Assembly: GCA_963773065.1 (NCBI GenBank)
Contig: CAVYZN010000011.1
Location: forward strand, 160,001-224,000
Direction of reading: 5' to 3'
DNA: 64,000 nucleotides
DNA from: an uncultured Gammaproteobacteria bacterium
GTDB taxonomy: Bacteria; Pseudomonadota; Gammaproteobacteria; UBA9214
A model generated the notes under the pieces. It did not search any database. It had not been told where the DNA came from and worked only from the letters and a program-made list of their open reading frames with translations. Position numbers and translations under genes: made by a program. Positions 23,445-36,047 of this stretch are shown here, piece after piece. The number at the start of each line of letters is the position of its first letter. Position 1 is the stretch's first letter.

Positions 23445-23478
23445 GGGCATCCTGGATTCAGGGTGCCCGTTTTTCTTT
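23445..23478 (+). terminator. Rho-independent terminator after rplS
   Basis: CGGGCATCCTG-GATT-CAGGGTGCCCG followed by TTTTTCTTT. Confidence 0.75.
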
Positions 23479-23521
23479 GCGGAGTTCAGACAGCAATCAC
23501 CGCCAGGAGATGACCATTCCC

Positions 23522-25411
23522 ATGAGCGTCGAAACTAACAAGGAAACACTGGAATTCCAGGCCGAGGTCAAGCAACTGCTCAACCTCATGATTCATTCCC
23601 TGTACTCCAACAAGGAAATCTTCCTGCGCGAGCTGATATCCAACGGCTCGGATGCCTGCGACAAGCTGCGTTTCGAGGCCCTGGGCAACGCCAGCCTGTA
23701 CGCCGGCGATACCACCCAGCGCGTGCGCGTCGATTACGACAAGGACGCCAAAACGATCACCATCAGCGACAACGGCATCGGCATGACGCGCGACGAGGTC
23801 GTCGACAACATCGGCACCATCGCCAAGTCCGGCACCCGGCAGTTTTTCGAATCGCTGACCGGCGACCAGGCGAAGGATGCGCAGCTCATCGGCCAGTTCG
23901 GCGTGGGTTTCTACTCCGCCTTCATCGTGGCCGACAAGATCACGCTGACGACACGCCGCGCCGGCCTGTCGCCGGAGCAGGGCGCGCGCTGGATCTCCAG
24001 CGGCGACGGACGCTACACGCTGGAAAGCTGTGAGAAGACCGAGCGGGGTACCGAGGTGGTGCTGCACCTGCGCGAGGGGGAAGACGAGTTCCTCGACGGC
24101 TTCCGGCTGCGCGCCATCATACACAAGTATTCGGAGCATATTCCCTTGCCGATCGAGATGCGCGTCGCGGGCGATGGGAAGAACAAGGACGAGTACGAGG
24201 TCGTCAACAAGGCATCGGCGCTGTGGGCGCGATCCCGCAATGACATCACCGACGAGGAGTACAAGGAGTTCTACAAGCACGTCGCCCACGATTTCGAAGA
24301 CCCGATGAAGTGGGTGCACACCCATGTGGAGGGCACGCAGTCCTACACCTCGCTGCTTTATCTACCGGCTCGGGCGCCGTTCGATCTTTATGACCGCGAC
24401 AGCCGCCACGGCATCAAGCTCTACGTACGGCGGGTATTCATCATGGATGATGCCGAGCAGTTGATGCCGTTCTACCTGCGTTTCGTCCGCGGCCTGGTCG
24501 ACTCGGACGACCTGCCGCTGAATGTCTCGCGCGAGATCCTGCAGCACAACAAGCTGATCGACACGATCCGCACGGCCTCGGTGAAGAAGGTCCTGGGACT
24601 GCTGGAGGAGATGGCGAAGGACGAACCGCAGGACTACGCCGCGTTCTGGAAGCAGTTCGGCAACGTCCTCAAGGAAGGCCCGGGCGAGGATTACGCCAAT
24701 CGCGAGCGCATCGCGAAACTGCTGCGGTTCGCCTCCACGCACTCTGACGGCGCGGAGCAGGGCGTATCGCTCGATGACTACGTCGGGCGCATGAAGGAAG
24801 GCCAGGAGAAGATCTACTACCTCACGGCCGACAGTTTCGCTACCGCCAGAAACAGCCCGCACCTGCAGATCTTCCGCCGCAAGGGCATCGAGGTGCTGCT
24901 GCTCACCGATCGGGTCGATGAGTGGCTGGTCTCGCACCTGAATGAATTCAACGGCAAGCCGCTCGCCTCCGTCGCCAAGGGCGTGCTGGATCTCGACAAG
25001 CTAGCCGACGAGCAGGAGAAGGCGGCCGCCAAGAAGACCGGAGATGAGTACGCCGATTTGGTCAGGCGCATGCAGGAGGCGCTCGGCGAGCGCGTCAAGG
25101 AAGTGCGCGTCAGCCCGCGCCTGACGGATTCACCATCCTGCGTGGTGGCGGATGAACACGACATGGCGGTGCATCTGCAGCGCATGCTCAAGCAGGCGGG
25201 TCACGCCGTTCCCGCGTCCAAACCGATCCTCGAGATCAATCCGGCGCATGCCCTGGTCAGCCGCCTCAAAGGCGAGAGCGACGAGCGACGTTTCGCGGAC
25301 TGGTCCAGTCTGCTGCTGGACCAGGCGCTGCTCAGTGAAGGCGGCCAGTTGGAGGACCCGGTGTCCTTCGTGAACCGGTTGAACGATTTGCTGCAGGAAA
25401 TGACAAAATAG
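23522..25411 (+). CDS. htpG: Chaperone HtpG (Hsp90)
   Basis: [33 protein letters not shown]. Confidence 0.98.
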   Translation: MSVETNKETLEFQAEVKQLLNLMIHSLYSNKEIFLRELISNGSDACDKLRFEALGNASLYAGDTTQRVRVDYDKDAKTITISDNGIGMTRDEVVDNIGTIAKSGTRQFFESLTGDQAKDAQLIGQFGVGFYSAFIVADKITLTTRRAGLSPEQGARWISSGDGRYTLESCEKTERGTEVVLHLREGEDEFLDGFRLRAIIHKYSEHIPLPIEMRVAGDGKNKDEYEVVNKASALWARSRNDITDEEYKEFYKHVAHDFEDPMKWVHTHVEGTQSYTSLLYLPARAPFDLYDRDSRHGIKLYVRRVFIMDDAEQLMPFYLRFVRGLVDSDDLPLNVSREILQHNKLIDTIRTASVKKVLGLLEEMAKDEPQDYAAFWKQFGNVLKEGPGEDYANRERIAKLLRFASTHSDGAEQGVSLDDYVGRMKEGQEKIYYLTADSFATARNSPHLQIFRRKGIEVLLLTDRVDEWLVSHLNEFNGKPLASVAKGVLDLDKLADEQEKAAAKKTGDEYADLVRRMQEALGERVKEVRVSPRLTDSPSCVVADEHDMAVHLQRMLKQAGHAVPASKPILEINPAHALVSRLKGESDERRFADWSSLLLDQALLSEGGQLEDPVSFVNRLNDLLQEMTK

Positions 25412-25559
25412 TCAGGCGCCAGGGTCTGTTATAACCCTTCCCTGAGGAGGTGGTCATGAGGCAGCCGGAAAAGCCCACCCTGCGGCACCGTATTCATGGA
25501 TGCATAGCTGCCCGTTCTGTTACGTGGGTGACGTGCGGCGGGAACGCTGAGCGGTAGAC

Positions 25560-26033
25560 ATGAACGCACCAAAGACGCCGTTATTGACCGTGGACGTCAT
25601 CATCGAGATGAGCGACCGGCCCGCGCGGCCCATCGTCCTCATCGAACGCCGTTATCCGCCGCACGGCTGGGCCTTGCCCGGCGGCTTTGTCGATGTCGGT
25701 GAGACGCTGGAGGCGGCGGCGGTGCGCGAAGCGCGCGAGGAGACTGCACTGGAGGTGAAGCTGAAGCTGCTGCTCGGTTGTTATTCCGATCCCGCTCGCG
25801 ATGCGCGCGGCCACACCGCCAGCGCCGTGTATATCGCCGAAGCCCGGGGAGAACCGCGCGCGGGTGACGATGCCGGGCGCCTCGACCTGTTTGATCCCGC
25901 CGGGTGTCCGCCGCTGGCCTTCGACCATGCATTGATCATCGCGGATTACCGCGTCCTACCTCGCAACCGGGCGGTTGGCGCCCCTGCGCTGCTAGCGCGT
26001 AGTTCTCGCTGGCATCCCGGATGCCGGCCATGA
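25560..26033 (+). CDS. NUDIX hydrolase
   Basis: Nudix box GGFVDVGETLEAAAVREAREET; LAFDH. Confidence 0.9.
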   Translation: MNAPKTPLLTVDVIIEMSDRPARPIVLIERRYPPHGWALPGGFVDVGETLEAAAVREAREETALEVKLKLLLGCYSDPARDARGHTASAVYIAEARGEPRAGDDAGRLDLFDPAGCPPLAFDHALIIADYRVLPRNRAVGAPALLARSSRWHPGCRP

Positions 26034-26123
26034 TTTTCCCGGGCAAAGCCGGTAAGATGCTCCTGCAACGTCACGCGTGATAGCGACGGCAGCGTTTCTT
26101 TATGACGATACGACGAGGTAAGC

Positions 26124-27170
26124 ATGCGGCCTGCGCAGTTGCTGACGGTACTGGAAAGAGAATTCCTGAGTACCCAGGAAGGGCATCACACGCCCGTGAT
26201 GCTGTGGGGGCCGCCGGGTGTCGGCAAGTCGCAGATGGTTGCCCAAATCGGCCAGCGTCACGGCATGCCGGTGATTGACATCCGCCTGTCGCAGATGGAG
26301 CCCAGTGACCTGCGCGGCATTCCGTTTCGCGTCGGCGCGCAGGTGGAATGGGCCGTGCCCGCGATGCTTCCGGATGCGCAACGGCACGGCAAACAGGGCA
26401 TACTTTTCCTGGATGAAATCACCTCCGTGCCGCCCAGCGTCTCGGCCGCGGCCTACCAGTTGATACTCGACCGCCGCCTGGGCGCCTACGTGGTGCCGAA
26501 TGGCTGGGCCATCTTCGCGGCCGGCAACCGCCAGGGGGACCGGGGCGTGACCTATACCATGCCCGCGCCGCTCGCCAACCGTTTTTCCCATTACGAGGTC
26601 GATGTCAATTTGGATGACTGGGTGGCCTGGGCGTATGCCAACCACATCGACGAGCGCCTGATCGCCTTTCTGCGCTTCCGGCCCGATCTGCTGTTTGAAT
26701 TCGACCCGGCGCACAACCCGGTGGCCTTCCCCTCGCCGCGTTCCTGGGAGTTCAGTCACCGCGCGCTGCGGAAATTCGGCGATCTGCCTGGCCTGCTGAC
26801 CGGCGCCCTGCAGGCCTGCGTGGGACCGGCGGCCGGGATCGAACTCTCTGCCTTCGTCGAGAACCTCGACAAGCTGCCGGACATCGACGCCATCGTGCGC
26901 GGCGACATGGTCAAGGTGCCGCGGGAGACCGACCTTCAGTACGCCGTCGCGGCGGCCCTCGTGGGCCGCGCCATCCGCGCGCAACAGGAGAGCAACGCGC
27001 GGGAGATATTCGGGAATATCATCGAATTCGCGGGCAGCTTCCCGCAGCGCGAAATGGGCGTGATGCTGGTGTCCGACATGTACCGCGCCATCGGCCAGGA
27101 TATCTTCGGCGTGCCGCAGTTTTCCCGCTGGGCGAACATCGTGGCGGACGTCATGCTGTACGAGATGTAG
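26124..27170 (+). CDS. MoxR-like AAA+ ATPase
   Basis: Walker A GPPGVGKS, Walker B ILFLDE, AAGNR, PLANRF, SPRSW. Confidence 0.88.
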   Translation: MRPAQLLTVLEREFLSTQEGHHTPVMLWGPPGVGKSQMVAQIGQRHGMPVIDIRLSQMEPSDLRGIPFRVGAQVEWAVPAMLPDAQRHGKQGILFLDEITSVPPSVSAAAYQLILDRRLGAYVVPNGWAIFAAGNRQGDRGVTYTMPAPLANRFSHYEVDVNLDDWVAWAYANHIDERLIAFLRFRPDLLFEFDPAHNPVAFPSPRSWEFSHRALRKFGDLPGLLTGALQACVGPAAGIELSAFVENLDKLPDIDAIVRGDMVKVPRETDLQYAVAAALVGRAIRAQQESNAREIFGNIIEFAGSFPQREMGVMLVSDMYRAIGQDIFGVPQFSRWANIVADVMLYEM

Positions 27171-27266
27171 GTTTTTTCACGAAGCTTCCGCGACGCCGGT
27201 ACATCGACGGCATGGTTATGACGGCCTTACACTTGATCGGAACTGGGAAATGCGGCGAGGCAATTC

Positions 27267-28506
27267 ATGACAGATGAACTGGAAACCAAACTCAGCGCCG
27301 CGCGCACTCGTATGATACTGGACCGGCCGTTCCTGGGCGCGCTCGTCCTGCGCATGCCCATGAAGGCGGCCGACCCGCGCTGGTGCAGGACCATCGGGAC
27401 CGATGCACGCGCCTTTTATTACAACCCCGGCTACATTGCCGGTCTGACACTGGAACAGACTCAATTCGCCCTGGCGCACGAGGCTCTGCATTGCGCATTG
27501 TCGCATTTTGCCCGCCGCGAGCACCGCGTCAAGGCGCGTTGGGACAAGGCCTGCGACCTTGCCATCAACCCGATACTGATCAGGGAAGGCATGACGGCGG
27601 TGCCGGGCGCGCTTTATGACGTCGGGTTCGAGGGGATGATGGCCGAGGAAATCTATCCCTATGTCAAGGAGACCGGACGAGGAAGAGCCGCACGACCAGC
27701 ACCTCTACAGCAATGAGAAGTCCACGCAGGAAAAGTCGGCCAGGGAGCCTGTGGGCGAGACGGGCGAGGGGGGTGACAGGGATCAACCCCCGGCGCAGGA
27801 TGCCGGTTCGAAACCGGAGCCGGTTCAACGCGAGGAGGCAACCGGCAGCCTGCCGCCGGAGCCGCTCGACGCGAGGGAAAAGGAACAGCTTTCCATCCAG
27901 TGGCGACAGCGCCTGGCCGGTGCCGCGCAGCAAGCCATGCAGGCCGGAAAACTGGGCAGTAACCTGCGCCGCTTGGTGGATCACCTGCTGCAACCGCAAT
28001 TGCCCTGGCGCATGTTGCTGGCGCGTTACATCACCGCGGTCAGCCGGGATGATTACAGTTACCTGCGGCCCTCGCGACGCGAGGGCGATGCCATCTTCCC
28101 ACGCTGAGAAGCGCCCATGCCGATATCGTGGTGGCGCTGGATACCAGCGGATCGATCAAAGAAAGCGAGATGCGGGAATTCGTCACCGAGATTGATGCCA
28201 TCAAGGGGCAGGTGCGCGCACGCATCATTTTGCACGCCTGTGATGCGAGGCTGGCCAGCGACGGGCCCTGGTTGTTCGAACCGTGGGAGTCCTTCGAGGT
28301 GCCCAAAACCATCCGCGGCGGTGGCGGTACCCGCTTCACCCCGGTATTCGACTGGCTGCGCCAGCGAGGGGCGCAACCCGGACCTGCTGGTTTACTTTAC
28401 CGATGCTCAAGGCGAATTTCCCAAGCAGGAGCCACCCTTTCCCGTGATCTGGCTGGTCAAGGGACGCGCCGAGGTCCCCTGGGGACAGCGAATCCAGTTG
28501 AACTGA
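27267..28506 (+). CDS. DUF2201-type putative metallopeptidase + VWA-like domain protein; several frameshifts
   Basis: HEALH (HExxH) motif; DTSGS MIDAS motif; GGGGTRFTPVF; LVYFTDA. Confidence 0.82.
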
Positions 28507-28512
28507 AAGGAA

Positions 28513-29464
<952 letters not shown>

Positions 29465-29487
29465 TTACCTTAAGGATTATCCTCAAG

Positions 29488-29510
29488 AGGCCAGCATTGC
29501 TGGCCTTTTT
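29488..29510 (+). terminator. Rho-independent terminator after adk
   Basis: AGGCCAGCA-T-TGCTGGCCT followed by TTTT. Confidence 0.75.
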
Positions 29511-29920
29511 ATTAAATGGCTAGCCGTGGTCTGCATAATGCAATATTGACCTTTGGTACGACTACCAACGGCAGCAGATTTGCTGCTAAACTGTCCTGAA
29601 CGTCAAATATGTGACATCATGACCCTGGTGTAAACGGTACTTTATGCTCATTTCCGGTTGGATTTAAATGATTAAGGCACACACATACAGTGGTTCCTTC
29701 TATATGGTAGAGACGACCTGTGTAATGCGGCATAGGCTGCCTAGATAAGTCAATATTAAAATCATAAATATTATGTAATAATATGATTATAAAAATATAA
29801 TAAAAAAGAATGATACCAGGTGCGACATGTGCAGTAACTTCATGTGGCTGGCAGAATTAATAATGATACGGTAGGAAACGGAGCATCCTGCTGCGTGTAC
29901 AGGGACAGGCAGGAGCATTT

Positions 29921-31438
29921 ATGGTTGCGGGTATAGACAAACAGGAAGAAATCGATCCCAGCGGCATTCGCAAGCTGCTGCGGTTGATTAATTCACTGCG
30001 TGACTCACCGGCGGGTAGCGTTATCTACCGCCAGCTCGAGTACATGCTGGATGATATTGCAACCAACCATCTGAAGACGGAAATCGCCTATGCCGGATTC
30101 GTGAATTCGCTGCTCGATGCCTTTGCTGCAAATCTCACCCCCGGTTCATCACGCTATGTCCAGGTCAGGCTGTTGCAGGCGCGGCTGCAGCCGCCGCTTA
30201 CCGCCACCGAGTTGAGCACTCTGAGCAAATTCGTAACTCAGTGTGCGGACGAAATACGGGAAACGCGCGATGCCGGTTCCGCGGCGTTTACCGCGGCCAT
30301 CAGCCCGCTGTTGCATGCTTTCGGTATCGAGGAGCCGGTAATGGCGGTGAGCCAGACACCCGGGGTGGTGGTTGCCCCTGCCGGTATGCCGCAGACCGGT
30401 TCCGAAACGGTGGTCACTGATCAGGAATCACAGCCGGAGGCGGGAGCGGCAGTCTTGACGGATGAGGAGGCTGATCTCTCTCCCGAAGTGATAGACGATG
30501 AAGCCGAAGCCGATGAGGCGTATGAGGTGGAGGACGACGCCTATGCGGCCATCGTTCCCGCCATAGGGAGTGAGAATTATCACCACGAACTGGAAGCCCG
30601 GCGTGAGGATATAAACAAGCTGCAAACCAGCCTGGGGCAGCAGGTGATGGAAACAATCACCCAGAATGAGGAGTTCGGGGTGATCCTCGAGATGGTTATG
30701 GCCGAGTTGCGCCAGACCGAGGAGGTCGCTGGTATCGAAAATACGCGCTGGACGCTGATTCGCGAGATCGAGAAGCTCATGAAAGGGCACAATGAACTGG
30801 CCGACAAACTGGACAGTACCCACCATTACCTGCAACTGGTCGAATCCGACAGCCGCGAGTTGACCGATGAATTGAGCCGGGTACGGATGCTCAGCCTCAC
30901 CGATGAGCTGACCGGTCTCGCGAATCGCCGTGCTTTCATGCGACGCATGGAAGACGAGGTTGCGCGTGTTCAGCGTTACGGCTTCCCCCTGTCTTTTGCA
31001 CTCCTGGACCTCGATCATTTCAAGAGCATCAATGATGAGTATGGCCACGCCGCCGGAGATGAAGTTCTGCGCGTTTATGCCAAGAATATACTTTCGGTGT
31101 TCCGTCACCACGATATGGTGGCCCGCTATGGCGGCGAGGAGTTCGCCGTTTTGTTGCCGAACACGGATGCCGACGGAGCCATTCGCGCGCTGAATAAGGT
31201 CAAGCGGCGCGCTGGTGAAACACGCTGGCAAAGCAACAGCACGATCTCGCAAGTGCCATCGTTTTCCGCCGGCGTATCCCTGTTCAAACCTGGTGAATCG
31301 GCCAGCGCCTTCATCGAGCGGGCCGACAAGGCCCTGTACCGGGCGAAACGGCTGGGGCGTGACCGGATCGAGTTGGACATAACCTACGAAACGGAAGAAA
31401 GCCGCCGATCACCTCGACGCCGCAGTACCGATCTCTGA
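29921..31438 (+). CDS. Diguanylate cyclase (GGDEF domain) with uncharacterised N-terminus and acidic linker
   Basis: DELTGLANRR, DLDHFKSINDEYGH, RHHD I-site, RYGGEEF. Confidence 0.93.
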   Translation: MVAGIDKQEEIDPSGIRKLLRLINSLRDSPAGSVIYRQLEYMLDDIATNHLKTEIAYAGFVNSLLDAFAANLTPGSSRYVQVRLLQARLQPPLTATELSTLSKFVTQCADEIRETRDAGSAAFTAAISPLLHAFGIEEPVMAVSQTPGVVVAPAGMPQTGSETVVTDQESQPEAGAAVLTDEEADLSPEVIDDEAEADEAYEVEDDAYAAIVPAIGSENYHHELEARREDINKLQTSLGQQVMETITQNEEFGVILEMVMAELRQTEEVAGIENTRWTLIREIEKLMKGHNELADKLDSTHHYLQLVESDSRELTDELSRVRMLSLTDELTGLANRRAFMRRMEDEVARVQRYGFPLSFALLDLDHFKSINDEYGHAAGDEVLRVYAKNILSVFRHHDMVARYGGEEFAVLLPNTDADGAIRALNKVKRRAGETRWQSNSTISQVPSFSAGVSLFKPGESASAFIERADKALYRAKRLGRDRIELDITYETEESRRSPRRRSTDL

Positions 31439-31514
31439 TGATCCCTGCTTCCGGCTGCACCGTCAGACTGTATAATCGCCTCCCATCATTCATCAGTGAA
31501 GGGATACCGGTTTT

Positions 31515-31880
31515 ATGGCCACGGTCGATGTGACCCGTGACACGCTGGAAAGCGTGATCAACGGGAATGATATAGTGCTGGTCGATTTCTGGGCGGCATG
31601 GTGCGGACCCTGCAGGCAGTTTGCACCCGTTTATGACGCCATGTCGGAACAGCACCCGGATGTGGTATTCGCCAAGGTGAATACCGAGGAGCAGCGCGAG
31701 CTCGCTAATTATTTCCAGATCCGTTCGATTCCCACATTGATGGTCTTCCGGGAGCAGATCATCGTCTATTCACAGCCGGGTGCATTGCCACCGGCGGCAT
31801 TGGCTAATGTCGTGGATAAGGTGCGAGAACTCGACATGAACCAGATCCGCAAGGAGATTGCGGAAGCGGGACAGGGCTGA
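31515..31880 (+). CDS. Thioredoxin
   Basis: VDFWAAWCGPC; IRSIPTL. Confidence 0.95.
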   Translation: MATVDVTRDTLESVINGNDIVLVDFWAAWCGPCRQFAPVYDAMSEQHPDVVFAKVNTEEQRELANYFQIRSIPTLMVFREQIIVYSQPGALPPAALANVVDKVRELDMNQIRKEIAEAGQG

Positions 31881-31947
31881 CCGGCCATGAACGGGGCGAG
31901 ACTGTTCAGCCCGGCTAGACCCAGCGCGGTACGCCCGAACAGGCCTG

Positions 31948-32622
31948 TTGACGGCCCTGCTGCTGATCTGTTCCATGACGGCGATGGCTGCCGATACCGA
32001 TACCCATTACAACCGCATTCAGCTCCAGGCGCAGCAGCTTGAGTCGGTCGGCAACGACACGCTGCACGTCACCCTGAACACCTACGGTGAAGCGCGGGAT
32101 CCTGCCAGCCTGGCCACCCGGATCAATGAGGACATGGAGTGGGCGCTGCGGATTGCGAAACGCTACGAGGAGGTAACGGCCGGGACCGGCGTCTACCAGA
32201 CCTACCCCGTCTACAGGGATAACGTACTCAAGGGGTGGCGCGGGGAGCAGAGTCTGCAGCTCGAGGGAAAGGACAGCCGGCGCATTGGCGTATTGGTGGG
32301 CGAATTGCAGGAAAAACTGCAGGTGAAGGCCATGTCTTTTTCGGTGTCGGACGAAAAACGCACCGAGGTCGAAAACCGCCTCATCAGCCGGGCGCTGGAT
32401 GCCTTCAAGGCGCGCGCGGCTATCGTCGTTGACAATCTGCACGCAAGCGGTTACCGCATCGTGGATATCTCCATCAGCACATCATCTCAAAGACCGCCGA
32501 TGCCCTATCCGATCGGCATGATGGCTGCCCCGATGCAGGCCGAATCGCGCGTCGCCGTCGAGGCCGGTGAAAGCGATGTCAGCGTTGCAGTCAGCGGAAC
32601 TGTCGAACTGTCACTACCCTGA
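31948..32622 (+). CDS. SIMPL (DUF541) domain periplasmic protein
   Basis: Signal-peptide-like start; ALDAFKARA; C-terminal EAGESDVSVAVSGTV. Confidence 0.75.
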   Translation: MTALLLICSMTAMAADTDTHYNRIQLQAQQLESVGNDTLHVTLNTYGEARDPASLATRINEDMEWALRIAKRYEEVTAGTGVYQTYPVYRDNVLKGWRGEQSLQLEGKDSRRIGVLVGELQEKLQVKAMSFSVSDEKRTEVENRLISRALDAFKARAAIVVDNLHASGYRIVDISISTSSQRPPMPYPIGMMAAPMQAESRVAVEAGESDVSVAVSGTVELSLP

Positions 32623-32673
32623 TCTCCTGCTGTCATCAGTTTCCGACTGCGCAACCGCGGCAATACAGGGGCT

Positions 32674-33714
32674 TTATGCCAGATCCGGTTCCCCGCAATG
32701 TGCGCTGATTTCCCGGCGTGCGGCATCGCGCAGTACCAAGGCGTCCCGCCAGCTATTGCCCGTCGGCGAGATGGGAGGGCGGATGATGACCTCGATGCGC
32801 GCCCGCCGCGGGAGCCAATTGTCGCTGCGCACGATATTGCGCGCGCCCCGGATCGCAACCGGTACCACGGCCGCGCCGCTATGCGTGGCCGTTACGAACG
32901 CGCCCATGCGGAACGGCTGCAGGCCTGCAAAACTGATGAAGGTGCCTTCCGGGAAGAACACCAGGGTGTGGCCGTTTTTCGACCTCCTGGCAATGCGGCG
33001 TACCGACGTCGCCCCGCGGTGGGGATTGAAGCGGTCAACGAATTCAACACCAAAGCGTTGCAGGATCAGGCGAATGGGCAGTAGGCGGGAAAGTTCGCCC
33101 TTCACGATGAAGCGTATCGGGATTCCCATCGCGGCGATGAGGATGAACCCGTCCAGATAACTGGTATGGTTCGCGACGACGATCACGGGTTTGACAACCG
33201 CCAGGTATTCGTGTCCGGAGACTGTCAATGGCGTAAAGGTGCACCGGAACAGCAGCCTGGTGCTGGCGCGCGCGATATGGCGCCGCCAACGCCGCACCGG
33301 GGTGAGTACCATCAATAGCCAGACAGGTAGACCCAGGGTGATCAGTACCAGCCAGGCATAGGTACCAAAGAGCCATTCCGTCAGCGTGCGTAGTGATTGC
33401 CGGGTGGCGGCGGGCAGCCGGCCCGGGTCGGCGAATCGGCCCATCAGCAGCTCGCTGGCATCGGCCTGCATGGCGGGCATCCCCTCCCGCGATGCCGCCT
33501 GGCGACCGCTTTTCTGCGCAAGGATCACCTGCATCAGTTCATGGGGAGTGTAGGCGCAGACAGCGGCTCTTTCATCCAGGTTTACATTGAACGCCTTCTC
33601 GATGCGGTTGCGCAACTCCATGCGCGCCAGGCTGTCCAGACCGAGTTCACGCTCCAGCAGGGTATGAGGGGTGAAGTGGATATGTTTCCACTTCGGGTGT
33701 ACCTCGCCTACCAT
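32674..33714 (-). CDS. Acyl-carrier domain fused to a PlsC-type acyltransferase (true start probably near 33793)
   Basis: LGLDSLARMEL phosphopantetheine site; NHTSYLD and FFPEGT acyltransferase motifs. Confidence 0.82.
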   Translation of the reverse strand: MVGEVHPKWKHIHFTPHTLLERELGLDSLARMELRNRIEKAFNVNLDERAAVCAYTPHELMQVILAQKSGRQAASREGMPAMQADASELLMGRFADPGRLPAATRQSLRTLTEWLFGTYAWLVLITLGLPVWLLMVLTPVRRWRRHIARASTRLLFRCTFTPLTVSGHEYLAVVKPVIVVANHTSYLDGFILIAAMGIPIRFIVKGELSRLLPIRLILQRFGVEFVDRFNPHRGATSVRRIARRSKNGHTLVFFPEGTFISFAGLQPFRMGAFVTATHSGAAVVPVAIRGARNIVRSDNWLPRRARIEVIIRPPISPTGNSWRDALVLRDAARREISAHCGEPDLA

Positions 33715-33890
33715 GGCGCGGATAACCGCAATCAGTGCATTGATATCCGGTAGGCATACGGAGGTCGGGAGTATGTCGCTCGTGTTCGCTCATGGATTTC
33801 AAGCAGGATATCCGACAGTTTCCCGTTGCGGTTGGACTGGACTGAATGCTGATCTCATTCGATGCCGATTATGCTAATGTAAAAAGCATC

Positions 33891-35270
33891 ATGAATCACA
33901 TTACCCATTTCCGCAATTCCCGGTATGCAAAACTGTTGCTCCTGCTGCTGTGGCTGGCGCCGCTCTGCAATCCGGCGGCGGAGCAGCGCAACGCCGTGGT
34001 GCTCGATATGCAGGGAGCCATCGGCCCGGCAACCGGCGACTACATTCATCGCGGGATTGAGCAGGCCGTGGCGCGCCATGCAGAGCTGATTATCCTGCGC
34101 ATGGACACGCCCGGCGGTCTCGACAGCAGCATGCGCGATATCATCCAGGATATCCTGGTGTCGCCTATTCCGGTGGTCGCCTATGTTGCTCCAAGTGGCG
34201 CGCGGGCGGCCAGTGCGGGTACCTATATTCTCTATGCCAGCCATGTGGCGGCGATGGCGCCCGGTACGAATCTGGGCGCGGCAACACCGGTGGAGATCGG
34301 CGGCGTACACCCGGATGTTCCGGGCGGCAAGGGCAAGGGTGGCGAGGGGTCCGGGAACGGGGCCGGTCCGGGCAGCCAGGATGTGATGGAACGCAAACAG
34401 GTCAATGATGCCGCCGCCTATATCCGCGGGCTGGCGCAGCTGCGCGGGCGCAACGCCGAGTGGGCTGAACTCGCCGTGCGCGAGGCCGCCAGCCTTCCGG
34501 CCGGTGAGGCGCTCGATAAAGGCGTTATCGACCTGGTGGCCGGGGACATGGATGAGCTGCTGCGGCAGTTGCAGGGACGCACCGTCACCCTGCTGGGGAC
34601 GACCCGGGTACTGGAGACGGCCGGCCTGCGCATCGAAACGATAGAACCGGACTGGCGCAGCCGGCTGCTGGCGGTGATTACGGACCCGAATGTGGCCTAT
34701 GTGCTCATGCTGATCGGCATTTATGGCCTGTTTTTCGAGTTCGCCAACCCGGGCTATGTTCTGCCCGGGGTGGCCGGGGCCATCTGCCTGGTGCTTGCAC
34801 TCTATGCCTTCCAGATTCTGCCGGTGAATTATGCCGGACTCGCGCTGTTGTCGCTCGGCATCCTGTTCATGCTGGCGGAGGCGTTTGTCCCCAGCTTCGG
34901 GGCGCTGGGTATCGGCGGCGTCATCGGGTTCGTGATCGGCTCGGTCATTCTGTTTGATCAGGGGGCCGCCGGTTATGCCGTCTCGCTGCCGCTGATTCTG
35001 TCGCTCTCGCTCGCCAGCGCCGGATTTTTCCTGTTTGTTGTCGGGGCCGCCGTCAAGGCCCGCAAGCGCCCGGTGGTCAGCGGCCGGGAAGAACTGCTGC
35101 ACGCGCGCGGTGAGGTGCTCGATGACTTTGCGGGCAAGGGGCGGATCCGCATCCACGGCGAGATCTGGCAGGCCGAAACGAAAGTGCCGCTCAGACGCGG
35201 CGACAGGGTAAGGGTGACCGCTGTTGACGGTCTTGTGCTGAGCGTCGAGCCGGAAACAAAGGAGAAATGA
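33891..35270 (+). CDS. NfeD-family membrane-bound serine protease (ClpP class)
   Basis: [23 protein letters not shown] block, OB-fold C-terminus (GEIWQA). Confidence 0.92.
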   Translation: MNHITHFRNSRYAKLLLLLLWLAPLCNPAAEQRNAVVLDMQGAIGPATGDYIHRGIEQAVARHAELIILRMDTPGGLDSSMRDIIQDILVSPIPVVAYVAPSGARAASAGTYILYASHVAAMAPGTNLGAATPVEIGGVHPDVPGGKGKGGEGSGNGAGPGSQDVMERKQVNDAAAYIRGLAQLRGRNAEWAELAVREAASLPAGEALDKGVIDLVAGDMDELLRQLQGRTVTLLGTTRVLETAGLRIETIEPDWRSRLLAVITDPNVAYVLMLIGIYGLFFEFANPGYVLPGVAGAICLVLALYAFQILPVNYAGLALLSLGILFMLAEAFVPSFGALGIGGVIGFVIGSVILFDQGAAGYAVSLPLILSLSLASAGFFLFVVGAAVKARKRPVVSGREELLHARGEVLDDFAGKGRIRIHGEIWQAETKVPLRRGDRVRVTAVDGLVLSVEPETKEK

Positions 35271-35271
35271 G

Positions 35272-36030
35272 ATGGCAATACCAGGCATATTTGTCGCGCT
35301 GATCATTTTTGTCGCGCTGATGTTGTACACCTTCCGTGTTCTCAGGGAATACGAACGCGCCGTCGTCTTTACCCTGGGACGCTTCTGGAAGGTCAAGGGT
35401 CCCGGACTGATCATCATCATCCCGGTCGTCCAGCAGATGGTAAGAGTCGATCTGCGCACGGTGGTGATGGATGTGCCCAGCCAGGATGTCATATCGCGCG
35501 ACAACGTCTCGGTGAAGGTTAATGCCGTGCTCTATTTCCGCGTCATCGATCCCGAGCGTTCCATCATCCAGGTCGAGGATTATCTGGCCGCAACCTCTCA
35601 ACTGGCGCAGACCACCCTGCGCTCCGTGCTCGGGCAGCACGAACTGGACGACATGCTGGCGGAGCGGGACAAGCTCAACGCCCATATCCAGACACTGCTG
35701 GATCAGCAGACCGATGCCTGGGGCATCAAGGTCATGAATGTGGAGATCAAACATGTCGATATCGACGAAAGCATGGTGCGCGCCATTGCCCGCCAGGCGG
35801 AAGCCGAGCGCGAACGGCGCGCCAAGATCATCCACGCCGAAGGTGAAATGCAGGCCTCCGAGAAACTCGTGGAGGCGGCGCGCATTCTCAACCAGCAGCC
35901 CCAGTCGCTGCAACTGCGCTACCTGCAGACGTTGACGGAAATCGCCGGTGATAAAAGTTCGACCATCGTCTTTCCTCTGCCGCTGGACAGCATCGGCCGC
36001 CTGTTTGAGCGGTCCCGCCCAGAAGGCTGA
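35272..36030 (+). CDS. SPFH/stomatin (slipin) family protein
   Basis: [41 protein letters not shown]; paired with NfeD. Confidence 0.94.
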   Translation: MAIPGIFVALIIFVALMLYTFRVLREYERAVVFTLGRFWKVKGPGLIIIIPVVQQMVRVDLRTVVMDVPSQDVISRDNVSVKVNAVLYFRVIDPERSIIQVEDYLAATSQLAQTTLRSVLGQHELDDMLAERDKLNAHIQTLLDQQTDAWGIKVMNVEIKHVDIDESMVRAIARQAEAERERRAKIIHAEGEMQASEKLVEAARILNQQPQSLQLRYLQTLTEIAGDKSSTIVFPLPLDSIGRLFERSRPEG

Positions 36031-36047
36031 ACGGAGAAAGAGCGGTT

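Noticed and set aside
25455-25515. Further mini-element copy after htpG (TATTC-ATGGAT-GCATA)
   Set aside because: Only one imperfect hairpin; the termini and second hairpin are not recognisable
29528-29556. dif-like site (GGTCTGCATAATGCAATATTGACC)
   Set aside because: Only the XerC-like half resembles dif; the XerD arm TTATGTTAAAT is missing
29670-29745. c-di-GMP riboswitch upstream of the GGDEF gene
   Set aside because: The GEMM core (GGCAAACC..GAAA..GGGACGCAAAGC) cannot be found
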